A DNA stretch of 64,000 bases from a bacterium (GCA_965219955.1 OZ244799.1:1216001-1280000), one strand, 5' to 3'. Shown: positions 9,406-20,813, numbered from the stretch's first letter. Made by a program: numbers and translations. Notes: generated from the letters alone by a model not told the origin.

Positions 9406-10029
9406 CATGGGCGAATACGCCACCGGATACCAGATTTCGGAAGTCTCGCTCCGAAGATATGGTCTATAACTTTTTCCCCAGTCGGGAAGTTCCTCGGCTT
9501 GCCGTTGCACCTCGGCCCAGTGGTTCATGTCCCGGTAGGGCCAGATGTGCAGAAACTCGTTCAGGATGCCGGATTCGAACTCTCCCGCCGGGTTGGCGAA
9601 CGCAGCCGCGAGGGGTGAGAGGCGCTCCCTTTCGGGCAGGTTCTTCTCCCACGCCGCGCTGATGTCCCGCATCTTGCCGGTGATTATCACGTCGCTCCTG
9701 ATCTCGTATACGCTCCCCATCTCTCCCGCCCGAGGCCTGGGGCAAAACGGCGCCGCCCGCATGATGCGCGTCTGCTGGTAGAGGATTTTATCCACCTTAA
9801 GCGGCGGCCACCACGGCTGGGCGAGGGCTTCTGCGCGCGCTTGTTCCCGGTGGGCGGAGTTCTCGTATTCCCAGATGTGGAGAATCCGGTTCAGCCCGCC
9901 GATGGCGGAGATGAAGAACCCGATTAAAGGGGATATGGCGGTTCTTTTTTCGATAATCCTGCCGAAATCCTCGACGCCTTCCTGAGCGAATCCCGAGGGG
10001 AACGTGTACGCGCGAACTTCATAGATCAT
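9400..10029 (-). CDS. NIPSNAP family protein (two domains)
   Basis: Duplicated YEVRxY...HIWxY motifs and C-terminal YSPMK. Confidence 0.85.
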   Translation of the reverse strand: MIYEVRAYTFPSGFAQEGVEDFGRIIEKRTAISPLIGFFISAIGGLNRILHIWEYENSAHREQARAEALAQPWWPPLKVDKILYQQTRIMRAAPFCPRPRAGEMGSVYEIRSDVIITGKMRDISAAWEKNLPERERLSPLAAAFANPAGEFESGILNEFLHIWPYRDMNHWAEVQRQAEELPDWGKSYRPYLRSETSEIWYPVAYSPMK

Positions 10030-10230
10030 TTGATATGAACTCCAGGCTGTCGATATGCAAGGTTTCCTGACAAGGAACGTCGTAAAATAACCTCACATTA
10101 CGAGTTATTGGAACATGGAAAATCAATATACTTGACGCGCACCATTCCGTGAAGCATGTTGTTTCGTTATGGACACACGCTCTTTTATATATCGAAAGCC
10201 CTGCAAGCGCTCAAGAGAGAGGGAAGCCCG

Positions 10231-10656
10231 GTGAACGACGATACCCCGCGCTGGCGATACCGATTCGAGAATTACAAGCGCGCTTTTTCCCTGCTGCGCG
10301 AGGCCATCGAAATGATGGACGAAAGAGAACCGAGCCAGCTTGAAAAGGAAGGGATCGTCCAGCGGTTTGAATATACGACCGAACTTGCCTGGAACCTCAT
10401 GAAGGACTATCTGGAGAGTGAGAATGTCGCATTTAAGCAGGTAACGCCCAGGGTCGTCATACGGAAAGCCTTCGAAACGAATCTGCTGGAGGATGGACAG
10501 ACGTGGATGGACGCACTCGATGCGCGCAACAAGATGTCGCACAACTATGACCCCAAAAGGTTCGAGGCCGTCATCGAAGAGATCAGAAAAGACTACCTTC
10601 GCGCCTTCGACGCATTGCACACCCTGTTTCTTGATAAAAGCGGGGAGCGGCCATGA
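10231..10656 (+). CDS. HEPN-domain toxin (HI0074-like nucleotidyltransferase substrate-binding protein)
   Basis: Motifs RWRYRFENY, GIVQRFEYTTELAW and R-x4-H RNKMSHNY. GTG start follows GAGGGA. Confidence 0.88.
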   Translation: MNDDTPRWRYRFENYKRAFSLLREAIEMMDEREPSQLEKEGIVQRFEYTTELAWNLMKDYLESENVAFKQVTPRVVIRKAFETNLLEDGQTWMDALDARNKMSHNYDPKRFEAVIEEIRKDYLRAFDALHTLFLDKSGERP

Positions 10657-11000
10657 ACCACGGACTCTCGGACCGCCAACTCGCGGTTTTGAAACAAATT
10701 CTGGCGCTCTACGCCGAGGAGATCGCCTCGGTCGAACTGTTCGGGTCACGCGCCACGGGCGATTATCGCCCGAATTCGGACGTCGACCTGGTGCTGCGGG
10801 GCGGCATCAAGGAAAAGCAGATTGATCGCCTCTGGACCCTGTTTCATGAGAGCAATTTGCCGATCAGCGTGGACGTGAAGAGCTATGAACTGACGACCTA
10901 CCCGCCGCTCAAGGCGCACATGGACAAGGTCTGCAAGACCCTCTTTACCCAGCAGGACCTGAAGGAAGTGGTTCGAAAACCAGAGGCGTCGGGAGTGTAG
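10653..11000 (+). CDS. MNT minimal nucleotidyltransferase antitoxin
   Basis: GS-x10-DxD motif (FGSRATGDYRPNSDVD). ATGA overlap with the HEPN gene. Confidence 0.88.
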   Translation: MNHGLSDRQLAVLKQILALYAEEIASVELFGSRATGDYRPNSDVDLVLRGGIKEKQIDRLWTLFHESNLPISVDVKSYELTTYPPLKAHMDKVCKTLFTQQDLKEVVRKPEASGV

Positions 11001-11068
11001 GTGAGGCGAAACCGGCGGCCTTCGCATTACCTTCATCCATAAATCATTTTCACAATCGGAGGCGGGAC

Positions 11069-11788
11069 ATGGACAGGGCGGTGTGGGCGATCATCTACGA
11101 TCTGCCCGAGGAAGGGCGGGATGAATACATGGAGTGGTTTCACGGGGTGCACATCCCCGAAAAGCTATCGCGTCCCGGCTACGTCTGGGCGGCGCACTAT
11201 GAGGTGAAACACCCTGGGAAACGTTTCGAGGAGATCGCTGCGCGCCTGAACCGCACCGACGACCCGGAGCTTGCCTCGGGTGCGGGGTTCATCGCGCTCT
11301 TCGGCGGGGTGACCACCCGCGTTTTCTACGATCCGAGTCCTGCGCAGCTGAAAGAGCGCCAGAACCAAGAGACCCGCGAAATGACGGGGATGCGGATTCA
11401 GGCGAGGGGACTCATCCTCTGCGAGGAGTGGCGGGTGGAAGGCCCGGACGCGGGGAAGAGGGAAGCCCCCGGCGTCATGGCGCCCGCGATCCAGATGGGC
11501 CGCTACGATGCGCAGGGAAACGATGAGGACCTCCAGGCCTGGTACGCCCAGGAGCGCATGGCGCGGGTCGCGGATACGCCGGGCTGCATGGGCGCGAGAA
11601 AATACCTGGTGGCCACGGCTTCGCCCAAGCATTCCGTTCTGTATGAGTACACATCTTTAGAGGCGCGCGAGGCGAACTACATCGCGCTCGAGGAGACCGA
11701 AGGGACGAAGCGCGTGCACGGCTATCTCGTCCATCCACCCGGCTCGCCCCTGGCGGCAAGCCGCATCTGGCCGCCGCAGGGTGGGTAG
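11069..11788 (+). CDS. Hypothetical protein, probably two EthD/DUF4286-like alpha-beta barrel domains
   Basis: Repeated EWFHGVHIPEKLSRPG / AWYAQERMARVADTPG pattern. RBS GGAGG. Confidence 0.6.
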   Translation: MDRAVWAIIYDLPEEGRDEYMEWFHGVHIPEKLSRPGYVWAAHYEVKHPGKRFEEIAARLNRTDDPELASGAGFIALFGGVTTRVFYDPSPAQLKERQNQETREMTGMRIQARGLILCEEWRVEGPDAGKREAPGVMAPAIQMGRYDAQGNDEDLQAWYAQERMARVADTPGCMGARKYLVATASPKHSVLYEYTSLEAREANYIALEETEGTKRVHGYLVHPPGSPLAASRIWPPQGG

Positions 11789-12006
11789 GGTGGCGTTGCG
11801 GTCATCGCTCACCACAATTATCCCGGCCGCGAGACCTGCGTCGGCGCCAAAAGCGCTGAGCAGTGGAAGTCGTGCATCATGCATCTTAAGGAGCATCGCC
11901 TCCGGGCGGAATCAATGCTGCGGCATCATTGGCTTCAAGATGAAACGCCCGGGCCGTGACTCATCCATGAAAGACACCCCATGAACCTCTCGGGAGGCCT
12001 TTCGCC

Positions 12007-13044
12007 ATGAAGTTCCACTTGGCCATCAACATGGAACGCATGACGCCCGACTTGGACATGAGCGAAGTCGAGCGCCATACGCTGGAGATGGTGCAGATGG
12101 CCGACGAGGGTGGCTTCGCAATCGCATGGGCCGCCGAACACCATGCGTTGGAAATGACCATTGCGCCCAATCCGTTCCAGATACTGACCTGGTGGGCCGC
12201 CCACACGTCCCGCATCCGGCTCGGCTCGGCGGTGGTCGTGGCGGCGTACTGGCATCCGCTCAAGGCCGCGGGCGAGGCTGCGCTGCTGGATCTATACAGC
12301 GGCGGGCGTCTCGAGTTCGGCATCGGCTCCGGCGCTTACCAGCGCGAGTTCGACCGTATGCATCCCGGCTTGCAGCGCAACGATGGATTCCGGTACATGT
12401 TCGAGATGCTGCCGGTGGTGAAGGCGCTATGGCAGGGCGACTACGAGCACGAGGGCGAGTTCTGGTCCTTTCCGGCGGCGGCTTCTGTGCCGAAGCCGCT
12501 GCAGAAACCCCACCCGCCGATCTGGATTGCGGCGCGTTCGCCGGACACCTACGACTTTGCGGTGAAGCACGGGTGCAACATCCTCTCCTGGCCCCTGACC
12601 CGCCCTATGTCGGAGGTCGAGCTCTACATGGGGCGCCTTGAGACAGCGCTCGCCGGGAACCCCGGCAAGCCGCGGCCGATATTCGCCACCATGCGGCACA
12701 CGGTGGTTTACGACCGCAAAGAGGATTGGGAGATTCCGGTGAAGGCCGCGATACGCCAGTTCGGTCAGTTCGAAAACCTGTTCAAGAATCTCGGAGACGT
12801 TGCCGACGGTTTTCCCCGGACGGTCGACCTGTCGGAGTTGGAAAACCGGGATGAGTATGATCCGAAAATGCTCCATCGCAACCTGCTGTTCGGCACCCCG
12901 GAAGAGGTGACCGAGAAGCTCAAGGCCTACGAAGCGCTCGGCGTCGACCACTTCACGTACTACGCGAGCCTGGGCCTCGGAATGAAGGAGCAGAAGCGGT
13001 CGCTGGAACTGTTCATCAAGGAAGTGATGCCGGCGTTCGCGTGA
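12007..13044 (+). CDS. LLM-class (luciferase-like) flavin-dependent oxidoreductase
   Basis: Motifs WAAEHH, TSRIRLGS, SGGRLEFGIGSG, PKPLQKPHPPIW, GTPEEV, EVMPAF. Confidence 0.92.
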   Translation: MKFHLAINMERMTPDLDMSEVERHTLEMVQMADEGGFAIAWAAEHHALEMTIAPNPFQILTWWAAHTSRIRLGSAVVVAAYWHPLKAAGEAALLDLYSGGRLEFGIGSGAYQREFDRMHPGLQRNDGFRYMFEMLPVVKALWQGDYEHEGEFWSFPAAASVPKPLQKPHPPIWIAARSPDTYDFAVKHGCNILSWPLTRPMSEVELYMGRLETALAGNPGKPRPIFATMRHTVVYDRKEDWEIPVKAAIRQFGQFENLFKNLGDVADGFPRTVDLSELENRDEYDPKMLHRNLLFGTPEEVTEKLKAYEALGVDHFTYYASLGLGMKEQKRSLELFIKEVMPAFA

Positions 13045-13081
13045 TGAAGCGAACGCACACTATCTCCCATGGAGCGCAGGT

Positions 13082-13882
13082 TTGAATCGTACTGAAAGCG
13101 GGAGCGAAACGGCCTGGGAACTGCATGGAAGCGGGCCGACGATAGTCCTGGTTCACGGCTTCGGGCTGAGCCGCGCGATGTGGCAATGGCAACTCCCGGC
13201 GCTCACGCCGCATTTCAGCGTACTGACCTACGATCTGCTCGGACATGGGGAGAGCGCGCCGCCTGCGGGCGCGCCCGACCTCGCCATGTTCTCCAGGCAA
13301 CTGCTCGGGCTCATGGACCGATGCGGCATCGAGCGAGCTGCCGTTGTCGGGTTCTCGCTCGGCGGCATGATTGCGCGCCGTTTCGCGCTGGATCATCCAG
13401 GTCGGCTCTCTGCGCTCGCAATACTGCATTCGCCGCACGATCGCAGCCCCGCCGAACGAGAGGCAGTCCGTGAGCGCGTGCTTCAGACACAATTGCACGG
13501 ACCTTCGGCGAACGTGGACTCCGCCCTCGAGCGCTGGTTCACGCCGGAGTGCCGCTCCCGGGCGCCGGAACTGATCGACCAGGTCCGCAGATGGATCACG
13601 CGAAACGACCCGGCAGTCTATTCGCGGATATACCGGGTGCTCGCCGAGGGTGACGCAGAGATCGTTCAGGGTCTGGAGCGGATCGGCTGCCCGACACTCG
13701 TCATGACGGGCGAGGACGATCCGGGGAATACGCCCGCCATGGCGAGGGGCATGGCCGAACTCATTCCCGGAGCCCGTCTCGTCGTACTGCCCGGACTCAG
13801 GCATATGGCGCTCGCCGAATCGCCGCCGTCGGTCAACGAGCCGCTATGCGCGTTCCTTCGCGACGCACCAGGGACGGTGTGA
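13082..13882 (+). CDS. Alpha/beta hydrolase (3-oxoadipate enol-lactonase-like)
   Basis: Motifs LVHGFG, YDLLGHGES, nucleophile GFSLGG, catalytic Asp in GEDD and His in LRH. Confidence 0.88.
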   Translation: MNRTESGSETAWELHGSGPTIVLVHGFGLSRAMWQWQLPALTPHFSVLTYDLLGHGESAPPAGAPDLAMFSRQLLGLMDRCGIERAAVVGFSLGGMIARRFALDHPGRLSALAILHSPHDRSPAEREAVRERVLQTQLHGPSANVDSALERWFTPECRSRAPELIDQVRRWITRNDPAVYSRIYRVLAEGDAEIVQGLERIGCPTLVMTGEDDPGNTPAMARGMAELIPGARLVVLPGLRHMALAESPPSVNEPLCAFLRDAPGTV

Positions 13883-14064
13883 CCGGGAAAGCAATCGTCT
13901 GTTTGCTTGTGATCGAGCTATTATCTTGTCTGAACGTGACGCCCCACACCTTTCGATGAATTCGAGGAGATTCTCTGTCGCAGACCCTCCTGGCGGTGCT
14001 GTCGCTGGTTTTCATGTCGATATTCCGCCAGTGCGCCTCTGCATGGGCCTGGACATCCTCTTTT

Positions 14065-14343
14065 GAGGGATTGTTGAAAAACCAATTTCGCACGGAATTC
14101 CCCACCACCGGCGCGGCGACAGGCTTCACGGAACCGTAGACGCCCTTATCCCGGGTAGGCGCGTAAGCGCCGTATCGAAGGATGGGGGCCACATCTCTCC
14201 GGCGAGCACGAATTTCGCCCTTCGATACGCGGCTTCGCCGCTACTCAGGGTGAGGCGGAGCGGCGGGCCGCGCGGGACAAGGAGGAGGATTGCGCGCCTG
14301 CTCGGGATGAGTGTAGTGTGTTGTCTCGGGTCGAACCAACCCC
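14065..14343. repeat. MITE-like left end plus a REP pair of the cctgagtag/tatcgaagg family
   Basis: gagggattgttgaaaaa at 14065. Pair gtaggcgcgtaagcgccgtatcgaagg ... ccttcgatacgcggcttcgccgctactcagggtgagg at about 14144-14256. Right end is degenerate. Confidence 0.65.
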
Positions 14344-14413
14344 GCTTCATTGAGGTATTCTCGTCCGCTTTCCGCTATAATCCCCATAAATCCACGTATC
14401 GGAGACTGCGCGC

Positions 14414-15259
14414 ATGATGGGAAAAACAGCCGGAATCTGGATGCTCGTTTTCATCCTGCTGGCGGCGGCTCTTACGGAAACGGCCCACGCCGCCTCTGCC
14501 CCGAAGATGGGCAAGGGCAGGTACGCAGGGATGGTGCTCATCCCCGCCGGCCCTTTCACTATGGGCAGAAACGACGGCCCCGATGAGGAAAAGCCCGCGC
14601 ACCGCGTGTTTCTACCCTCCTATTACATAGACCGGAACTTGGTGACGTGGGCGGATTACCTGCCCTTCATCCAGGCGAAAGGCCCCACCGGGCCTCAAGG
14701 AGAGATGTATTTGGATACGGATGATGCCGATACCAAGATCGTCCCCCAAGGCGACACCTGGGTCGTCGAGAAGGGATTTGAAAAATTCCCGGCGAGCGAG
14801 ATGGCCTGGGCGGGTGCTCTGGCCTACTGCCGCTGGAAGAGGAAGAAGCTGCCCACCGAAGCGCAATGGGAAAAGGCCGCGCGCGGAGCCGACGGCCGCC
14901 TCTATCCGTGGGGCAACCAGAAGCCTTCGGCGGAATATCTGCTCCTGGGGGATTTCAGGGGCCAGACGGCGGTCGTGGGCAGCTACCCCAGGGGCGCGAG
15001 CCCATACGGCGTGAACGACATGGCGGGGCAGGTCTGGGAGTGGACGGCCTCGCTGGCGGTGCCCTATCCCTACAAGCCCAAGGACGGGCGTGAGAACCTG
15101 GGCGCGGTGGATGCGCGCGTGGTGCGCGGTGGCAACTCGGCGAGCCTGCCCGAAGGCATGACGGCCACGAACCGCGAAGTCGTGATGCCCGGCAGGCAGG
15201 CGACGGGACACGGCTACCTCGGCTTCCGCTGCGCCGCCCAGCCGCCCCATTCGACTTGA
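14414..15259 (+). CDS. Secreted FGE-sulfatase-fold (SUMF1/EgtB/PvdO family) protein
   Basis: Signal peptide. Motifs IPAGPFTMG, LPTEAQWEKAARG, DMAGQVWEW, RGG, GFRC. The FGE catalytic cysteines are absent. Confidence 0.88.
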   Translation: MMGKTAGIWMLVFILLAAALTETAHAASAPKMGKGRYAGMVLIPAGPFTMGRNDGPDEEKPAHRVFLPSYYIDRNLVTWADYLPFIQAKGPTGPQGEMYLDTDDADTKIVPQGDTWVVEKGFEKFPASEMAWAGALAYCRWKRKKLPTEAQWEKAARGADGRLYPWGNQKPSAEYLLLGDFRGQTAVVGSYPRGASPYGVNDMAGQVWEWTASLAVPYPYKPKDGRENLGAVDARVVRGGNSASLPEGMTATNREVVMPGRQATGHGYLGFRCAAQPPHST

Positions 15260-15762
15260 TGGGCGCATCTTGGTGAAATTCCGCCAAAACCAGAACGAAG
15301 CAATTCGGTTCTAATGAATTAAAGAGCGTACCTTGGGCATAGAGGAACATTGGTTCGCGAGACGCCCCCGCCGAAAGCCCGGCGACCTTGAAAAAATGCT
15401 CCCCAAAATTGCGGTCAAGTTCTACAAGGTTTAATCATATGGCAATGTAAGGTTATGATGAAGTAATTCGTACCCTAGACTCACATGGAACGATTTCCCG
15501 TCAAGCGAGGGTGATGGGGAACAAAATCCGCATTTGTCAACACGCACGCCTCCCAAGAACAATTTTACTCCGGTTACAAACCCCAGAAACAGGCGAAGCA
15601 AGCGCGTATGTGCGCCCATGAGGACGATAGTCCTTGGACCGCCCGCTAACGAGTGCGGCTGCGTCTTCGCGAGGAGGGCAGCGTGGAAAGGCAGGTACAT
15701 GACGTCGACTGCAATAGCGATACGTCACGAAGAGTTTTTTGGTTCAGATAAGGGGAACTGAC

Positions 15763-16755
15763 ATGAAATATATTCCTGCAATGCTCGTTATGGCGTTTCT
15801 GCTGACCGCCTGCATGGGAAGCGGCGGCGGCACGCCTGAAGGAGTTCCTATCAAGCTCGAGAGGAATACCGAGTTCGACGGCGAGAGCTTGAGGTTATTC
15901 GTGAGGCTGCGCGACGGAACCGAGGAATCCGTCAACACGACTGACGATGTCATCGGGGTACAGCCCGGGATGACGCCCATGCCCGGCCATCAGGCGCGGG
16001 CCTGGACGTTCCTGCAGATAACGGATGACGCCACATCGGTAGCCCACGCCCTGGTGAGCTGGAACCCGGACGACCCGGCGGACTACCTCGTGGCCGGCTG
16101 GTGGGCGCGGTTCCCCGATCAGGAGCCGCCGCTTTCGTTCGAGGATTTTATGCCGTTCGGGATTATCGACGGGCCGGAACTCGACCATGGCGTCGCACCG
16201 CAACTGCCGGTCGACGGAACGGCCTCATACGCGGGTCCGGCCGGGGGCCTCTACGCATACGAGTTCGGCAGCGGCTGGGGAGAGAATGAGGGCGAATTCG
16301 TGCTCGAAGAGTACCAGGGAACGGTCACCCTCACGGCGGACTTCGAAGACGGCACCCTGAAGGGCTGCATCGGGTGCGTGGGCGATCTCGTTACGCAGCG
16401 CGGGCACTTCGGCGTTTTCCTGGGCCAGGAGGTGAGCGACGTGCAGGGCGTCGCCAGGGACTACGAGCTTCACCTCGCCACTGCGATTATCAGGGAAGAC
16501 GGCATGTTCGATCGAGACAGAGTGACGCTGAAACACCCGGAGCGCACAATCACGCTAGCGGAGGGGTACTGGGGCGGGGCCCTGTCCAGCCGCCAGGACA
16601 CGGACGGGAACCCCCGGTTGGTAATGGGCTTCAGCAGTGTCGGTTTCGAGGAGAGCGACGGCAGCGCGGGCGCGTTGGTCGGGTCTTTTCTGGCGCTGAG
16701 CGAGCGCTTCCGGGAGAACGGGATGTCTCGTTTCCCACCCGCTCAAGACAAGTGA
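15763..16755 (+). CDS. Lipoprotein with TbpB-like C-terminal beta-barrel
   Basis: Lipobox LTA-C followed by a Gly/Ser linker. LPVDGTASYAG...VTLTADF...G motif typical of TbpB-like barrels. Confidence 0.65.
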   Translation: MKYIPAMLVMAFLLTACMGSGGGTPEGVPIKLERNTEFDGESLRLFVRLRDGTEESVNTTDDVIGVQPGMTPMPGHQARAWTFLQITDDATSVAHALVSWNPDDPADYLVAGWWARFPDQEPPLSFEDFMPFGIIDGPELDHGVAPQLPVDGTASYAGPAGGLYAYEFGSGWGENEGEFVLEEYQGTVTLTADFEDGTLKGCIGCVGDLVTQRGHFGVFLGQEVSDVQGVARDYELHLATAIIREDGMFDRDRVTLKHPERTITLAEGYWGGALSSRQDTDGNPRLVMGFSSVGFEESDGSAGALVGSFLALSERFRENGMSRFPPAQDK

Positions 16756-16966
16756 GCGGTTCGTAATATTGATTTGGCAAAATGGCAATGGAGTGCAACA
16801 TGCTTCCATCATGCTAAACACACCTTGAGGCCTGCAAATCCTGGCCGTCCGTGGAATACAAGACCGCTCTTCTGCGGGAATAGACGGAAACCCCACACAA
16901 TTAGGGTGTGTTTAGTGACCGACCCGGCCAGTAGGGCCGGGCATTCGCTGAGGGGAGGGGCGTAAG

Positions 16967-18223
16967 ATGAAACGCCTTATCGCAACTTTCGTGCTGATTG
17001 TTTTGGTTGGTTGCGTTCAAGTAGCAGTTGCAGCCATATCAAAAGGCTTGGAGCTTCCAAGCAAGGAACGGGTTGCCGAATATCTGTGGACGCACGCCAG
17101 CGGTGGGCCGTGGCAAAGCGGGCCAAATTATAGTCTTACCCATCCTCCGGGCTTGGTTCGCTTCGCCGTGCCCCCAAGTGTGCGCCTTGCTGCTGGAATG
17201 AGTAAGCGTGAAAGAGCCATAGCAATGCACGCAATCGCGCTCGTAAATCGTGCGTTGCCATACGAGCATCACGTTCTGCTCGGCCCGGATGCTCTTGCTG
17301 GCGTGGCGTGGGACTGGAAAGGGGGACTCCCGGATATCCCGGACGGGCAAATTTTTATCGAGTTTGTTAAAGGAAATCCCAACAGTGCTCGGCCTGGTTC
17401 TTCGGCGGTATCGCACCAAGCTACGATTCGAAAATATGATGCGTTGCAAGGACGATGGGAAAAGAAACATTTGCGGGCGTCTGCGGTTGAAATGAGTTCT
17501 GTTTTCTTTCGCGGGAGACCGGATTGGCAAGCTGTTTCTGTTCTCGTGCATGAACTGTTGCACGGGCTAGGATTTGCTGGGCATCCGGGAAAGGACTTTG
17601 CGGATTCAATCATGGAGAACGCATGGTTCCGTCTTGACGGCTCCCTGCCGGATATTGATATAGACGCCCTGCAAGTCCTGTACACGAAACTCTCGGAAGA
17701 TACGGAACCGGAAGAGTTATCAGCCCTTGATTTGGGCGCATGGAATGACGAAAGCACCGATATCACAGACGTTCTTGGCCCTGTTTCCTTCGGTGTGCGC
17801 CATGCAAACAATGTCAGTGTGCCGTTTACTTCGGGGCCTGAACCATCAAAGCCGCTTGCAGAGAGCGGGTTGTCCAAAACAAGGGTGGTGACTTGGCGCG
17901 GGGAGTTGCTCGGATTGACCCCGAAATTGCGGACGGTGGCGGGGACAGCTACGGTCAGCGTGGCTCTTTTCACCATGTGCGGAACCGCCAAGTTCACGAA
18001 CCTGAGGTCTTTTCCTGTCTTGTCCACACCAACACGCAGGGGAGGGGTGAGGTGGGGTGACGGGACGCTTGATTATGATATCCGGGTCGGAAGCAATTAC
18101 CTGTATTCGACCGGCGGTGATGCTGGCGCAGTTTCGGGCTCGTTTTACGGCGACAATCATCGCTATGTTGGCGGTACCGTTGAGCGTTCAGACCTTACCG
18201 CCGCGTTTGGAGCCAGACGGTAA
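16967..18223 (+). CDS. Secreted metzincin-like Zn protease fused to a TbpB-like beta-barrel
   Basis: Signal peptide, HELLHGLGFAGH, Met-turn SIM, C-terminal GSFYG..H..VGGTVERSDLTAAFGA. More AT-rich than its neighbours. Confidence 0.65.
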   Translation: MKRLIATFVLIVLVGCVQVAVAAISKGLELPSKERVAEYLWTHASGGPWQSGPNYSLTHPPGLVRFAVPPSVRLAAGMSKRERAIAMHAIALVNRALPYEHHVLLGPDALAGVAWDWKGGLPDIPDGQIFIEFVKGNPNSARPGSSAVSHQATIRKYDALQGRWEKKHLRASAVEMSSVFFRGRPDWQAVSVLVHELLHGLGFAGHPGKDFADSIMENAWFRLDGSLPDIDIDALQVLYTKLSEDTEPEELSALDLGAWNDESTDITDVLGPVSFGVRHANNVSVPFTSGPEPSKPLAESGLSKTRVVTWRGELLGLTPKLRTVAGTATVSVALFTMCGTAKFTNLRSFPVLSTPTRRGGVRWGDGTLDYDIRVGSNYLYSTGGDAGAVSGSFYGDNHRYVGGTVERSDLTAAFGARR

Positions 18224-18243
18224 TGGTGGAACGCCGGGTGTTT

Positions 18244-18975
18244 TCACCAGAGCGCGCGGGTGAGAGTGCTCAGGGCGCATTTCTGGCGGCCGGCGGCGTC
18301 GAAATTCTCCGGCGCGAGCCAGCGGGCGTGCGCCTCGCGGACGGCGGGCCATTCCTCCTGCGTCAGGGAGAACCAGGCCGTGTCGCGGCTGCGTCCCTTG
18401 ATGATCATGTGGTTCAGGAAAATCCCTTCGTAGCGGAAGCCCAGGCGCAGGGCCGCCGCGCGCGATGCCGCGTTCAGGGCGTCGCATTTCCACTCCAGGC
18501 GGCGGTAGCCCAGGGTGTCGAGGACGTGGCGCATCTTGAGTGACAGGACTTCCGTGGCCCGGGCGTCGCGCTGCCAGGCGCGGCCGAACCAGATGTGGCC
18601 GATTTCGGCGACCCCGATATGGGAGCGGATCTCCATGAAGCTGCCCATTCCGCCGAGGAGGCCCGTCTCGTTGTCGCGGTAGACGACGAAGGCCGGGTCT
18701 TGAGAGGCCTGGCGTTCCACGAGCAGGTCATGCACTTGCGCTTCCGTGGAGAAGGGCCCCACGTTCATGTAATCGAATATCCGATCGGTATCTTCGCCTT
18801 CGGTCGCGGCCAGGAAGATGCCGGCCGTGTCGCGATCCGCATCGACCGGCTCCAGAGAAGCTCTGGCCCCCGAGAGACTGACGCCATCGAAACCCTCCCA
18901 GCGCCTTGGGGCGACTTGTTGGTTGCCTACCGGGCGTCTGTTGGCCGCGCTGGCGAGTTCGTTATCCGTAGCCAT
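18244..18975 (-). CDS. GNAT acetyltransferase (RimJ/RimL family)
   Basis: Motifs EIGHIW, LGYRRLEWKCDALNAASRAAALRLGFRYEG, KGRSRDTAWFS. Confidence 0.9.
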   Translation of the reverse strand: MATDNELASAANRRPVGNQQVAPRRWEGFDGVSLSGARASLEPVDADRDTAGIFLAATEGEDTDRIFDYMNVGPFSTEAQVHDLLVERQASQDPAFVVYRDNETGLLGGMGSFMEIRSHIGVAEIGHIWFGRAWQRDARATEVLSLKMRHVLDTLGYRRLEWKCDALNAASRAAALRLGFRYEGIFLNHMIIKGRSRDTAWFSLTQEEWPAVREAHARWLAPENFDAAGRQKCALSTLTRALW

Positions 18976-19059
18976 GAAGGCTCCTTTCATTTCTGAACAA
19001 TCCGGAAGCGCGCGAATAAAATCGAATGCGCCTTTCGAAGGTACGAACCCGAGCGATAA

Positions 19060-19292
19060 GTGTTGTTGAAAAACCCCGTTTTGGTGCGGTCGGTATTGGG
19101 GGTTACGCGGCGGTCCTCCTTCCTACCGCGCAGGTGGCCTCAAAACCTCATCCTGAGTAGGCGCGAAAGCGCCGTATCGAAGGATGGGTGGCGCCTCCCG
19201 GCGTGCGAAAGGGCATCCTTCGATACGCGGCTCCGCCGCTACTCAGGATGAGAGAGATGTGATGACTTTTTCAACAGCCCCTCAAGGGGGGA
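19060..19292. mobile_element. MITE-like element containing a REP pair
   Basis: Ends tgttgttgaaaaa and tttttcaacagcccc enclose ctcatcctgagtag...tatcgaaggatg / catccttcgata...ctactcaggatgag (19147-19254). Confidence 0.7.
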
Positions 19293-19317
19293 GCGGCTCC
19301 TCTCTCATCGCAGGCTC

Positions 19318-19610
19318 CTACCCTCCGGCGATCGCTCCCACGATGAGAAACGGCTCGGCGCCTGATGCGATGGCTTCGGGCAGCGGCGTGTCCGGCGGGT
19401 CGTGGGTGACGTCCTCCCGGCAGGCGAAGAAGCGCACCAGCGGCCGCCGCCGGCCCGTGTCGTGATCGCGGAGCGTACCGCGGAGCATCGGGTAGCGGGC
19501 TTCGAGCGCATCCAGCACGCTGCCGAGCGTCACGGCGCCGTCCACCGTCAGCGTCACTTCGGCGTCGACGCCGGCGAGCGTTCGCAGGTGGTAGGGAAGT
19601 TCGACGCGGA

Positions 19611-19614
<4 letters not shown>
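19318..19614 (-). CDS. MoaD/ThiS family ubiquitin-like protein
   Basis: GTG overlaps the upstream stop (GTGA). Reads [14 protein letters not shown]...RPLVRFF...AIAGG* with a C-terminal diglycine. The 378-aa ORF call is over-extended. Confidence 0.88.

Positions 19615-20813
<1,199 letters not shown>

Noticed and set aside
11792-11959. 56-codon start-less open frame before the LLM gene
   Set aside because: It may be a 3' gene remnant, but I recognise no motif that supports a call.
14414-15259. True formylglycine-generating enzyme
   Set aside because: The catalytic Cys pair after RGG is absent and no sulfatase is adjacent, so only the fold is assigned.
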